Shown here piece after piece: positions 13,121 through 25,791 of a stretch of 64,000 nt of DNA. This DNA is from Macrostomum lignano. Lineage: Eukaryota. The notes below the pieces were generated by a model. It searched no databases. It had not been told where the DNA came from and saw only the letters and a list, made by a program, of their open reading frames with translations. The position numbers and the translations under genes are program-made. The stretch covers positions 337,792 through 401,791 of the forward strand of contig NIVC01000945.1 in assembly GCA_002269645.1 (NCBI GenBank). Reading direction: 5' to 3'. Position 1 is the first letter of the stretch; every line of letters begins with the position of its first letter.

Positions 13121-15335
13121 CTACAAGTTGAGGCCCAAGCCTTCGAGCCTTCGAGACGCGGGAGTTTTTGTGAGTAAACCCTTCCTTGTAGGGAGTGGGG
13201 ACGAAAAATAAGGACACCGAAGTTTATGTGCACAGTAAAAAGCAGAATGGGCAGGAGATCCTCGCTGCGCTCCTGTGTATGTACGAGTTCGTGAAACAAA
13301 GAGCCTTTCCTGGGGGACGGAAGTGCATAGGAAAACTAATGTGCGTTCTTCCCTCACACTGTACTCTACTGCATATTATTCACTGTTCTTTGCCCCTATA
13401 TACATTGCGAGTTTGTCTCGAAGGGCACTGACTCGCAGTCTTCTCAATTCCACTCTATCGCATTTTGAAACTACCTGATCGTTCCCACTATGGGCTACAA
13501 GTGCTGCGTTCCTCTGCGTCATCAACTATGCTCGCTATGAGAAGAATCCAACCGTGACTATCCACAAGTTTCCATCATCTACGCAGTTGGAGCTCCTGAA
13601 TAAGTGGATCACGGCCATTCCAAGCGTGTGGACCGATTCCGAGTTGGAGCAGCTGAGAACAAACCCGAACCACAGCTACAGGGTCTGCTCGCTTCACTTC
13701 CCTGAGAAGTACTTCGTGATCAACTCTCAGGACTCCAATCCCCACCGCAAACGGACCGAAGCAGATGGTCAGCCTGCAGGCAAGCTAAAGCTTCGGCGTC
13801 TAGCCGCTGATGCCCTGCCTTGCATCTTCCCAAATGCACCCTCCTACCTGAACAAGACCATCACTGAGGAGCGCCCCACTCAGCTGGCATCGGCCGAGAC
13901 CCGCCGGGAGAACGACACGAGGCGGTGCGAGGAAGAAGCAACAGCGACAGAATCCGACAAACCTGGAGAAGACAAACGTCCAGCACGATACCAATGTTTT
14001 CAGCGAGTCCACAGTGGAGGCTGCCAAGTTCCACAGGTTTCCCATCGGTCTGATCACCTTACAGCTCATTCTGAGTCTGTGGACGATGTGGAATGTTAGG
14101 ACCACGAAGAAGGCAAAGGAGAAGCGGCTTCCGGACGCTGCTCCGTTGGTTGTAAATGATCCAAGGCTCTCAAAGCTGCGCCAGTTTGCCACTTTTTTTC
14201 ATCGATGGGAGAAGTCAAAGCTGCCTGGCTTGACTGCTCCTACATTCTTAGCCGTGAGATCCTGCTGCCTCACAGGCTGCATTGTCAGCGATTGGATTGA
14301 GCGCCGCTTCGGTCGCTACCGCCAATTTCACGGTGGCAACTTCTTCATTTCCGTGCGTCAGATCTTTCAGGTGGAGAAGATCCGCATCTCGATCTTGCTC
14401 AAGTTTCATGGACTTAAGCTGAGGGACTTTCAAATTCTTGATCAAGGAAATCCGTCTGACTTCTCAAGCCAACTGTTGTCTTTGTCGCTGCCTGGCCTGG
14501 AGCATCTGAGTGCTGCTCTTTCATCAACTGATCTGAACCTGTGCTCCTATCTTGGTGGGTATGTCGCGAAGTCTCTGTGTGGTCAGCTGAAGTGCCAGGA
14601 TTGCAGGAACTTCCTGGTCACTGCCGACTATTTGGAGTTCCTAATCCTATCCGATGATGAGGCCCGCGCTGAGGATTTTGCCTTGATCCAGATGCGTGAT
14701 CGTTGTGGTCTGAAGTGCCCCAGTGACTTCTTGTTTCTTTTAATGAAGGTATCCTACTTCGTGTTCGGCCACCTGAAGGATAAGAGTTTGCTGACTGCTG
14801 ATCTGCTGTACTCAGGAGGAGCCGTTCAGAGTATCGTGGAGCTCTACCAAGATTGCATCAGCAGATCCGGTGAGTTCCGCGACATGCTGAAACAGAAGTG
14901 TCCTTGCGGAAGACCTGGGGTTATTTTCTCCTCCAGGATCCTCACCCCAGCAGTCAAGAATCTATCTGAAGAATTTCGTGAATGAGACCAACGACAACTT
15001 GAAGAACGAGAAAGCTTTAAAGAGAAAGAAGGTAAAGTTATCGGGTGAGTGAGTCTGTCTGTAGTCCTACTGGAGTCAATGAGTCTTGAAGAATTGCTTT
15101 TCAGTGGGAGTTCTTGCCTGTCATTTGCCAGTGCAATGGAGGATTTTTATATTGATTTATTCTCCAAAATTGAGCAATATAGAACATATATATTAAATTA
15201 ATGCAGCGAATATTTTCTTCGAAACTGTCTTAATTATTTTTGTTTACTTCTTTTCAACGATTTCTTATGCGAAAGGCATGCTAACCAGGCAAGAAATTGG
15301 GGGAATGGGGAGGGGACTTGGGCCTCAACTTGTAG
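13121..15335 (+). mobile_element. Internally deleted P-element/THAP9-family DNA transposon
   Basis: 19-bp TIRs CTACAAGTTGAGGCCCAAG (13121-13139, reverse complement 15317-15335). THAP zinc finger starts at ATG 13490 (MGYKCCVP..HKFP..KW..CSLHF..ALPCIF, frameshift near 13517) and joins directly to the P-transposase C-terminal half (EKTNV..NVFSES, SDWIERRFGRYRQFHGGN, YLGGYVAK..C..C, GLKCPS). Confidence 0.85.
13490..15050 (+). pseudogene. THAP-domain P-type transposase pseudogene (frameshifts, central deletion)
   Basis: ORFs 13554-14099 and 14014-14985 carry the THAP and C-terminal motifs in different frames; the N-terminal part of the catalytic core is not visible. Confidence 0.8.
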
Positions 15336-16597
15336 ACCCCATTTTTCAGTGTCGCTTCCTGGGGAGCGCAGCGAGCCAATAGGATTCCCTGGCACAACCT
15401 GCCACTTCTAAGTTAAAGCTAAGTCTTTCGTTGACCTGAAATTAAAAAAAAAACGTAGCTCCAACGCAGCGCAGAGTATGCAATTTAGTAGATATAAAAA
15501 AGACCTCAGGTATATCACCTATCACCTTCGTAGTTCCATAGCCAAATTCAACGTTTCAGGGTATACTAGACCTTGACTTTCTAATCTTAAAAAATGAAAT
15601 TCAATAAATCATAGATATGAAAGATATTGACGGTTCGTTGAAATCCAAAACGCAAATTTGCACCCGAAATTGCAAGCTGAAAAAGTTACGTTAAGTCATG
15701 TTTAAGTTAGGTTTGTCGTAGACGGGTTTCACTATAGAATTCTACATGTAGCTCAGTAATGTAAATACAGCATAAGCACAATAATTAGCAAGCCTGGAGG
15801 CCTGGAGAACTGCGGCAACAGCTATTCACCCATGCAGGTAGTTAGTGCCAACTAACTTTTCAGATCGAATGAGACCCGTATGCATTTAGGGCCGGAAGAA
15901 GAACCTTGAAAGAATTGGAGCAGCAGTTGCCGGTCAGGTTAGTTTAGGCTTTGCGCTTTGTTCTCAATTGCGAAACGAGTTGAGACGAGAATTTTTTGGG
16001 CTAAGGGGGGACAGGGCCACTGCGCGCGAGTTCAAATTCAAAAGGAAGGCGAGCTGCGACTTGCGCGGGCCATTCATGCGAGCCGCCGAAGACTGAAGTT
16101 CTTACAAAAGCTAATAAAGGTAATGCGGTGCGCGAATGGAGCAATCCTGCTTAATGGCATTTGAAATCTGCTCCGATTCTACCAAATGCGCCGCGCAGGA
16201 ACTGGAGCTATGCATATAATAATAGTATTATTAATATTATACAGGCATATAAGTTGGGCGCGCATGGCTGATTTTGAGTTGCTGTGCGCAGTCGCGCAGC
16301 CACCCGCCGAGCCTGCAAAGAGTTGAGAGAAGAACTGAAGAAGCAGCAAGCAAGAGAAGACCGTCCAAAACCGAAAGGAACGCGCATTGTGTGTGCATAC
16401 ATGCGTTTTGAGATGCGTTGACTATTCTGAATGAGTCAGACTGGCTGCATAGATCATATAATAGCTTTGTTAATTTGAGGGTAAATATACAAACTGGGTA
16501 GCTCTTATTTATTCGGATTTCGGAATGGGTCCACAAACACAATGTATTTATATATTGTATGCGCATACGATCGTACAGTATGCATACACTTCATTTG

Positions 16598-17660
16598 ATT
16601 TGATTTGCCATTTCATTTGAGTGGGGCGCCAGTTCATTTGAGTTAGGCGCCATTTTATTTGAGTGGGGCGCCATTTCATTTGAGTTAGGCGCCATTTCAT
16701 TTGAGTGGGGTGCCATTTCATTTGAGTTAGGCGCCATTTCATTTGAGTGGGGCGCCATTTCATTTGAGTGGGGCGCCATTTCATTTGAGTGGGGCGCCAT
16801 TTCATTTGAGTGGGGTGCCATTTCATTTGAGTGGGGCGCCATTTCATTTGAGTGGGGCGCCATTTCATTTGAGTATGGCGCCATTTCATTTGAGTGGGGC
16901 GCCATTTCATTTGAGTGGGGCGCCATTTCATTTGAGTTAGGCGCCATTTCATTTGATTGGGGCGCCATTTCATTTGAGTGGGGCGCCATTTCATTTGAGT
17001 TAGGCGCCATTTCATTTGAGTGGGGTGCCATTTCATTTGAGTTAGGCGCCATTTCATTTGAGTGGGGTGCCATTTCATTTGAGTTAGGCGCCATTTCATT
17101 TGAGTGGGGTGCCATTTCATTTGAGTTAGGCGCCATTTCATTTGAGTGGGGCGCCATTTCATTTGAGTGGGGCGCCATTTCATTTGAGTGGGGCGCCATT
17201 TCATTTGAGTGGGGCGCCATTTCATTTGAGTGGGGTGCCATTTCATTTGAGTGGGGTGCCATTTTATTTGAGTAGGGTGCCATTTCACTTGAGTGGGGCG
17301 CCATTTCATTTGAGTTAGGCGCCATTTCATTTGAGTGGGGTGCCATTTCATTTGAGTTAGGCGCATTTCATTTGATTGGGGCGCCATTTCATTTGAGTGA
17401 GGTGCCATTTCATTTGAGTTAGGCGCCATTTCATTTGAGTGGGGCGCCATTTCATTTGAGTGGGGCGCCATTTCATTTGAGTGGGGCGCCATTTCATTTG
17501 AGTGGGGCGCCATTTTATTTGAGTGGGGTGCCATTTCATTTGAGTGGGGTGCCATTTCATTTGAGTGGGGTGCCATTTCATTTGAGTGGGGCGCCATTTC
17601 ATTTGAGTGGGGTGCCATTTTACTTGAGTTTGGCACCATTTCATTTAAGGAAGCGCCATT
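16598..17660. repeat. 21-bp tandem minisatellite (GAGTGGGGCGCCATTTCATTT), about 50 copies
   Basis: Direct reading; the MAPHSNE and QMKWRPT ORFs are repeat translations. Confidence 0.97.
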
Positions 17661-18229
17661 CCACTTGAGTGAAGTGGCAAAACTCAGCCATATACTCGTA
17701 ATTCTCAGTGTAAGCCATGAGGCATAGCCCCTGCCTCTACCCTCCCCCGGCACCCTTTGGGTACGCCGACATATGCTACATGCATGCACAGTACAAGACT
17801 GAGAAGAAGGGCCAAAAACAATATCCACCCAACCAAGAATAATTTTCACGTACGAATATACATTCTGATTGTATACACCAACATGTTGCAAGGAGCCAGT
17901 TGGGTTATAAAATATAACGATAAATTTTTCCATAAATTTTCACCCACGTGGCCGCGTGCACAAACACTGCATACACATTCTGTACCAAGCATTTGCTATA
18001 ATCAGAAGGTAAAGAAAAACATGAAATGTAATTTTAGTCGATTCGGTCAGCACTAAAAAAACACGAGGGCATGAGAAAATAAAATAATGACTGCCTACAC
18101 AACAAGCGCAGAGTCAATAAACTAAAATAGCACAGTCATTCAATAGCTGGCCTTTTCTAAAGCTTGTACACGTGATTTAACGGTAACCCCATTTAATCAA
18201 TGAATTGTGAACATAGAAATGTTACATAC

Positions 18230-21200
18230 TTGCCCGCCAAGCTTTTCCCGCAGGAGATTTGCCGGCAAGAGATTTTCCCGCCGAGATTTGCCCGCCGAGA
18301 TTTGCCCGCCGAGATTTTCCCGCCGAGATTTTCCCGCCGAGATTTTCCCGCCGAGATTTTCCCGCCGAGATTTTCCCGCCGAGATTTTCCCGCCGAGATT
18401 TTCCCGCCGAGATTTTCCCGCCGAGATTTTCCCGCCGAGATTTGCCCGCCGAGATTTGCCCGCCGAGATTTTCCCGCCGAGATTTTCCCGCCGAGATTTT
18501 CCCGCCGAGATTTGCCCGCCGAGATTTGCCCGCCAAGCTTTTCCCGCCAAGCTTTTCCCGCAGGAGATTTGCAAGCCGGGCTTTTCCCGCCAAGCTTTTC
18601 CCGCCAAGCTTTTCCCGCAGGAGATTTGCAAGCCGGGCTTTTCCCGCCGAGCTTTTCCCGCCGAGATTTTCCCGCCAAGCTTTTCCCGCAGGAGATTTGC
18701 AAGCCGGGCTTTTCCCGCCAAGCTTTTCCCGCCAAGCTTTTCCCGCAGGAGATTTGGAAGCCGGGTTTTTCCCGCCGAGCTTTTCCCGCCGAGATTTTCC
18801 CGCCAAGCTTTTCCCGCAGGAGATTTTCCCGCCAAGATTTGCCCGCCGAGATTTGCCCACCGAGATTTGCCCGCCGATATTTGCGCGCCGAGATTTTCCC
18901 GCCGAGATTTTCCCGCCAAGCTTTTCCCGCAGGAGATTTTCCCGCTAAGCTTTTCCCGCAGGAGATTTTCCCGCTAAGCTTTTCCCGCAGGAGATTTTCC
19001 CGCTAAGCTTTTCCCGCAGGAGATTTTCCCACCAAGCTTTTCCCGCAGGAGATTTGCGCGCCGAGATTTTCCCGCCAAGCTTTTCCCGCAGGAGATTTGC
19101 GCGCCGAGATTTTCTCGCCAAGCTTTTCCCGCAGGAGATTTGCGCGCCGAGATTTTCCCGCTAAGCTTTTCCTGCAGGAGATTTTCCCGCTAAGCTTTTC
19201 CCGCAAGAGATTTTCCCGCCAAGCTTTTCCCGCAGGAGATTTTCCCGCTAAGCTTTTCCCGCAGGAGATTTTCCCACCAAGCTTTTCCCGCAGGAGATTT
19301 TCCCGCCAAGCTTTTCCCGCAGGAGATTTTCCCACCAAGCTTTTCCCGCAGGAGATTTGCGCGCCGAGATTTTCCCGCCAAGCTTTTCCCGCAGGAGATT
19401 TGCGCGCCGAGATTTTCCCGCCAAGCTTTTCCCGCAGGAGATTTGCGCGCCGAGATTTTCCCGCCAAGCTTTTCCCGCAGGAGATTTGCGCGCCGAGATT
19501 TTCCCGCCAAGCTTTTCCCGCAGGAGATTTGCGCGCCGAGATTTTCCCGCCAAGCTTTTCCCGCAGGAGATTTGCAAGCCGGGCTTTTCCCGCCAAGCTT
19601 TTCCCGCCAAGATTTTCCCGCCGAGATTTGTCCGCCGATATTTGCCCGCCGAGATTTGCCCGCAGGAGATTTGCCCGCAATGCTTTCTGTCAGCAGTGCA
19701 TTGGGGGGGGGGGGCAATGCAGACGAAATCTGCCGCGTGGCTACGCTCGTAAATTTGCTGCAGGAAACACAGCATTGCGAGCAAATCTGGGCGGGAAAAG
19801 CTCAGCGGGAAAACCTTGGCGGGAAAATCTCCTGCGGTAAAAGCTTGGCGGGAAAATCTCCTGCGGGCAAAGCTTGGCGGGAAAATCTCCTGCGGGAAAA
19901 GCTTGGCGGGAAAATCTCGGCGGGAAAATCTCGGCGCGCAAATCTCCTGCGGGAAAAGCTTGGCGGGAAAATCTCGGCGGGAAAATCTCGGCGGGCAAAT
20001 CTCGGTGGGAAAATCTCGGCGGGCAAATCTCGGCGGGAAAATCTCGGCGGGCAAATCTCCTGCGGGTAGGGGGCGACCGGGACGACCAAAGTCGGGCCCG
20101 GGTCGGGCCCGGGAATGAGGACTCGGGCCTGGGTCGGGCCTCGGGAATTCGGGACAAGATCTTTAGGACAGCTCAATAATTGGAAAAAATCATAATAAAT
20201 CTTAATACTTTTAGCATATGCGGATTACTATTAAATATACAATAAATATATGAATTTTTAAATTTAATATAATATATTAAATGTATAATAAATATATGAT
20301 AAACATCAAATATATTATAATATATAAATACATTAAATATATAATAATATATAAATATAATAAATATTATTATTATTTAATACATTAGTTACGACTTCAG
20401 AATAGATAAGAGTTACATTAAAAGACTTAATACTCAAATATCAATATACTCAATAGTTCAAATTCAATGTCCCTGTGTGGCACAAGTACTGTGTGTGTGC
20501 CAATGACAATGACACTAACAGGCAGTGAGGTAGGCAAGCAGGCACTGCGGCAGTGCGGCTGGCACTGGCAGTGGCAGTAATCAAAAAGAAGAAAAGCTGA
20601 AGCATTAAGTGTAAGGCACTTGGCATTGGAAGCAGTAAGGAAGTAAGAACCAAATCAATTGATTGATTCTTTTATTTGAATTTTTAGTTCCTTTACATAG
20701 CTTCAATGTAAAGAGCCATGTACACAGTCAGTATTCAGTAAGACAACAAGACAAGACAACAGAGCAGAACACAAATGAAGTGACAACACAACACAACACT
20801 CAACTGTCTCAACAGAACAGGCAAACAGACAATGGAAATACAAGTAATTAGCTGATACCTGCCTACCTGCTCACCTACCTACTTAAACGAATATGATTAC
20901 GAATACGATACTACAAGTCTACGACTACGACTACCTACGATACAAATATGAACACGATTACAAACTCTAATAGATAGCAAACTTCTTGGAAAAATGGTTG
21001 CCTTGGCCCTTAATAGGTACTTCTTGGAATGTAAATAGGAAATGTTATTTACAAAAGCTTAAAAATGACAAATCAACTTTTTAAAGAATCATATTTTTGC
21101 TTTTAGGCTGCAGCCTGCAGCGTGTAAAGTGGAATCAATATTGCAAAAAAGTATTGCAAAACTGTTTTAATTTTATCTTCCTGGAAAAAATCCGATCTTC

Positions 21201-21617
21201 CTGGAAAGTGGAAACTGCTGTGGCTGACACTCACGGTCACAGACAGTTGCAGTTGCAGTTGCATTTTCCTGGGGCTGGAATTAAACGTAAATTAGTGTGA
21301 ATATGTTGAAAAATAATTTTATTCTTATTCGCACGCGGTTAGTGCCTTTAGGGAAAAAAGACTTGTCCCGATTTCCCGACTTTTTTAGGGTCGGGCCCGG
21401 GCCCGGGTCGGGCCACGATTTTGGTCGGGATTCCCGACTTTTCGGGCCCGGGCCCGGGACTGGGTCGCCCCCTACCTGCGGGCAAATCTCGGCGGGAAAA
21501 GCTTGGCGGGAAAATATCGGCGGGCAAATCTCGGTGGAAAAATCTCGGCGGGCAAATCTCGGTGGGAAAATCTCGGCGGGCAAATCTCCTGCGGGCAAAG
21601 CTCGGCGGGAAAATCTC
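18230..21617. repeat. Large inverted satellite (foldback-like) built from 14-bp TTTTCCCGCCGAGA units and higher-order variants
   Basis: Forward arm 18230-19680, unique spacer about 19681-19789, reverse-complement arm 19790-20066 and 21475-21617, the latter interrupted by a hAT-type MITE. Confidence 0.9.
20067..21474. mobile_element. Non-autonomous hAT-type element, 1.4 kb
   Basis: TIR TAGGGGGCGACC ... GGTCGCCCCCTA. 8-bp TSD CCTGCGGG at 20059-20066 and 21475-21482. Subterminal GTCGGGCCCGG repeats and an AT-rich non-coding interior. Confidence 0.88.
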
Positions 21618-22571
21618 ATTGACCCGATTTTTCATTGTAGAATAGGTAATTTATGAAATCCTGATTACAATGTAGAACATTTTTATTGGAGGTCAGCGTC
21701 TCTAGGGGCCAGTACTAACAGGGGCTCACATCGGGACCGGTACAATATCGCGGTGCCATCGTGGGGGCGTAAAAATCAGCTGGCAACTGCATGGGCACGC
21801 GCCACCCTTGCTGTGAATTAGAAACGCCCAACCAGCTGGGCAAGGGCAAGAATTATGCATATTATACAGGTGCAGCTATCGGTAACTTAGACAATACTGC
21901 ACGCGAACGAGCAATACAGAGTCCAATTGTCACGTGCAGTTTCAGCACCTAATCTGCATATCGTCACGTGAACTGGTGCGTCTGCTGTATAGCCTGCAGT
22001 GTGTTCATCGGGTCGAATTATAAACAGGCAGACAAAGTCTATACTATTTGTATAAGCTCTAATCTACATTATATAGCTTGAGAACTTCCGGTATTTACAA
22101 ATCAAGTCAGCCGTCGCACCGTGCGCGAGGAAACATGATCATGGCGAATCGAGGACTGCGTATTATGCAATTAATTAGCGCAGAAATAAATGCGGGGATA
22201 GGCAACAAACAAACTAATTAAACTAGTTGACAGAGATTATACAATTGCACGCAGTCAATGGAAGGGCGTCGCCGTGTGGGGAGGGGGGGCACAAAGGATT
22301 TTTGATTGAAAATTAATGTTCTCATGTTCTCAAAGGCAGTTTGCAAAATGATACAAGTCCAACCAATGATTTGAATTTACGGTGAATTGGCTTGAATTGG
22401 ATGAAGACATCGAGTTCCCCTCTGTTCCCGATGCTCCTTGACTGCATTGGCGACACCTAACGAGCTAACAGTAAAACTACGAAGGGGGGAATCCCCCTTG
22501 ACAATTTTTTGCTGCGCCTTAACGGAGCAACGCAGGCACACGAAGTTCAAGAACACGGTGAATTTTTATGT

Positions 22572-23466
22572 TGCGCACCTTCTCAATTAAGAATCAAGTC
22601 GCCAGCCCTCCGGACCGTCGAGATATTCGACGATTCTGCTCGCCAGAATTTGGCTATATAGGCGCTAGTGTGTTCAGTACACCCCTGTGCGCCAATCAGC
22701 ACTGCGCCTCAGTGCAGCCTTGCCAAGCCTCCAAATTTCATCAGCGCGTCGATCACATGTGTCTGCAACAGCTCTGACTTCGTTGATCACTGACCTTTAC
22801 CGAAGCGGAACTTCTGGGCCTTCAACAGGTGACACCGGGTGACTATATGGACACCCTGATGCGAATTTCTCAAGTTTCGCTGATCAAGCCTCGGCAGTGG
22901 GCAAACCTCGACTGCCGGACATCTTCAGCTAGTCTCTCAAGCATTAAGTCATCACCCCGACGCCGTCGGCACCTTGAAGGAGACAAAAACATGACTATGC
23001 CCACTGTCGAGGTTTGATCAACGAAACTCGGGAAATTCGCATCATAGTGCTCAAAGTCACCTGGTGTAATCGGTTGAAGTCGCCGACGGCGTCCGGGTGA
23101 TGACTGAATGTTTGAAAGACTAGCTGAGGATGTCCGCCAGTTGAGGTTTGCTCATTATTGAAGCTTGATAAAAAAATCTGACATAGTTCCAACAGGATGC
23201 CCATAGTCACCTGGTGCCTGAAGGTGCCGACGGCGTCGGGGTGATGACTTAATGCTTGAGAGACAGACACATGTGATCGACGCGCTGATGAAATTTGGAG
23301 ACTTGGCAAGGCTGCACTGAGGCGCAGTGCTGATTGGCGCACAGGGGTGTACTGAATACACTAGCGCTTATATAGCCAAACTCTGGCGAGCAGAATCATC
23401 GAATATCCCGACGGTCTGGAGGGCTGGCGACTTGATTCTTGTTCGAGACTAATTGAGAGTGTGCAA
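22572..23466. mobile_element. Long-TIR foldback/MITE (about 190-bp arms) with internal secondary inverted repeats
   Basis: 22581-22770 is the reverse complement of about 23265-23458; internal segments 22830-22980 and 22995-23260 are also inverted copies. No clear TSD. Confidence 0.75.
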
Positions 23467-24449
23467 AAAAGTTCGCCGTGTTCTTAACTTGATCGTGTGC
23501 CTGTGTTGCTCCGTTCTGGCGCAGCAAGAAATTAACATGAGGGGTGGAGACATTCTTCCTCTTGGTAGTTCTACGGGCGGAAAATGGCCGTTGGTATTCA
23601 TGTTAATCAGCGCATATACGTACATGTACCTGCACTGCGCCTGCAAGAAAGTTAAAATAATAATTTTAGCATATAAATATAGAAAAATAAGTATATTCTA
23701 CCTAATTTTACCGAAATAAAGGTCGAGCACTACTTATAGCCTAATTTTGAATAAGAAAGGAGTTTTTCTGTAAGTGCCGCAGCAGCGATCTCCACTCTAT
23801 TCTGTTAAGTAGTGCACGTACATATACGGGCGTACGAAACGAAAGAAAAGCACATATAATAAAACTAAGAAACTGATCGATGTATGTAAACTCAGCTCGT
23901 AATCGACATGTACATATGTATGCGTAGAAATAATTAATATGTACGCGTACACGTGGACGCATTTTACAATTAAGTTGTGCACAGCTAATAAAGTAAGCTT
24001 TAGACAAGCATTTTAGCTAATTCCGAGCGTGTACATGCAACATTATATTGTAATACTGTTGACAAGCATTTTAACTGTATGCAGCATGCCTGTATGCACG
24101 ATTGTCATATCTTATCTAAATCGCCAATTATAGACTTCTCTATATACACTACTACACTTCGTGCAACATGTAAGTTAATTTATAGCCTTGTACATGTACG
24201 GCTCGTTTGTGTTACATGTATCACATGTGTTACATGTGTTACATGCAGCTGCAGTATATAATGAATACATTTAGATCTAGAATGAAGCTATCTAGGTGAA
24301 CTCAAGGTTATCAAACAAGCAAGCGGTGAAATGCATTAAGTAGGCTGTTAAATGTAGCAACTGACGAAATTTATGTATATGCAGCATACGCGCACTCGTG
24401 ACCTTGACCATCAAATAAAGCTCTCGCTTATATTAGCTGCATTGGCATT

Positions 24450-24870
24450 TCAAATGTAGCAACTGGTGTAATGCAGCATTTCAAATGTAGCAACTGGTGT
24501 AATGCAGCCTTTCAGATGTAGCAACTGGTGTAATGCAGCCTTTCAGATGTAGCAACTGGTGTAATGCAGCCTTTCAGATGTAGCAACTGGTGTAATGCAG
24601 CAGCCGTTCAAATGTAGCAACTGGTGTAATGCAGCCTTTCAGATGTAGCAACTGGTGTAATGCAGCCTTTCAAGTGTAGCAACTGGTGTAATGCAGCCTT
24701 TTAAATGTAGCAACTGGTGTAATGCAGCAGCCTTTCAAATGTAGCAACTGGTGTAATGCAGCAGCCTTTCAAATGTACATGTAGCAAATGGTATAATGTA
24801 GTCCAGTAGCCTTTAAAATGTAGCGACTGGTAAAATCAGCAGCCTATCAAATGTAGTAGGTGGTGTAATG
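24450..24870. repeat. 31-bp tandem repeat (AATGTAGCAACTGGTGTAATGCAGCCTTTCA)
   Basis: About 13 copies, some with an extra CAG. Confidence 0.92.
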
Positions 24871-25791
24871 CAGAGCTTCAGGTAGTGCTGTCCAAAAGTT
24901 TCATAAGACTCCTAATTCACTGCACTCTTAAATGGGAAGACCAAGCGATAATTAAATGTTTTAATGCATACTGCAAAGGAAAACTAGTATAAACACATGC
25001 TCAAGGTCAAGGCAACGCAATCAGTTAGTGCCTACGCTCTATTTCAAATCGATTTCAAAAATCGATAACAATTGATCACACAAGAAAATATAAATAACAA
25101 CGGAATAAACGAAACTCTTGAATATTGAGGGGAAAAAGCACAGCTTAATAACACGGCAAAAATAAGGTAGTTAAAGGCAGAAAAAAATGAAAAACTTGAA
25201 TATAGCACACAAGGATGAATAGCAAAAAGCAAACGTCGAATGTAACAATAAGGTCACTAAGTGTGTACCATCAATAACTTTTGGGTTTAGTACTAAGATT
25301 TCAGAAATACTTCCTTTAAAAGGAAACACAAATAAGACGTCTTATAGTCTACTTTGAGTAGCACACATTAGTAATGCACCATAATAGAGTAATTTCAGCA
25401 GTCTTGAAGTCAGAATGTTTGTATAATTGAATATTGGCAAACAGGTTACTAAAAGCCTTACTGAGCGAAATTAAAATGCAAACGCTGAAATTCTATTTTA
25501 ATTTCTATATAATAATTAGTATGCACTGATTTCCATTAAGCACACAGAAGGCAAGTAGATCGGAAACATTTAAATAAGCCAGCACACCGAGAGCCGACAC
25601 ACCTGGATATAATATGTCAATAGTACCTTAATGAATTACTCTGTAACTGACAAAATATCAATAAAAATTTGGCGAAATACAAAGCATCGAGTGGGAAAAA
25701 CCATAAAATGATAGCTTGGATAATGTCTGGTATTGTCCATTTGGCAGAAAATATCAAACGAATAACAATTCAGAAACTTCTATTAAGAATC

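Noticed and set aside
15780-15950. Exon-like segments with CTAAC-TTTTCAG acceptor and GT donors on the plus strand
   Set aside because: The implied intron is only 26 bp and no frame links to a recognisable protein.
16548-17933. 461-aa and 251-aa heptapeptide-repeat ORFs (MAPHSNE / QMKWRPT)
   Set aside because: These come from a stop-free 21-bp satellite open in several frames, with no splice or domain context.
18193-20179. Many overlapping 100-270-aa ORFs on both strands
   Set aside because: Artefacts of the GC-rich 14-bp satellite.
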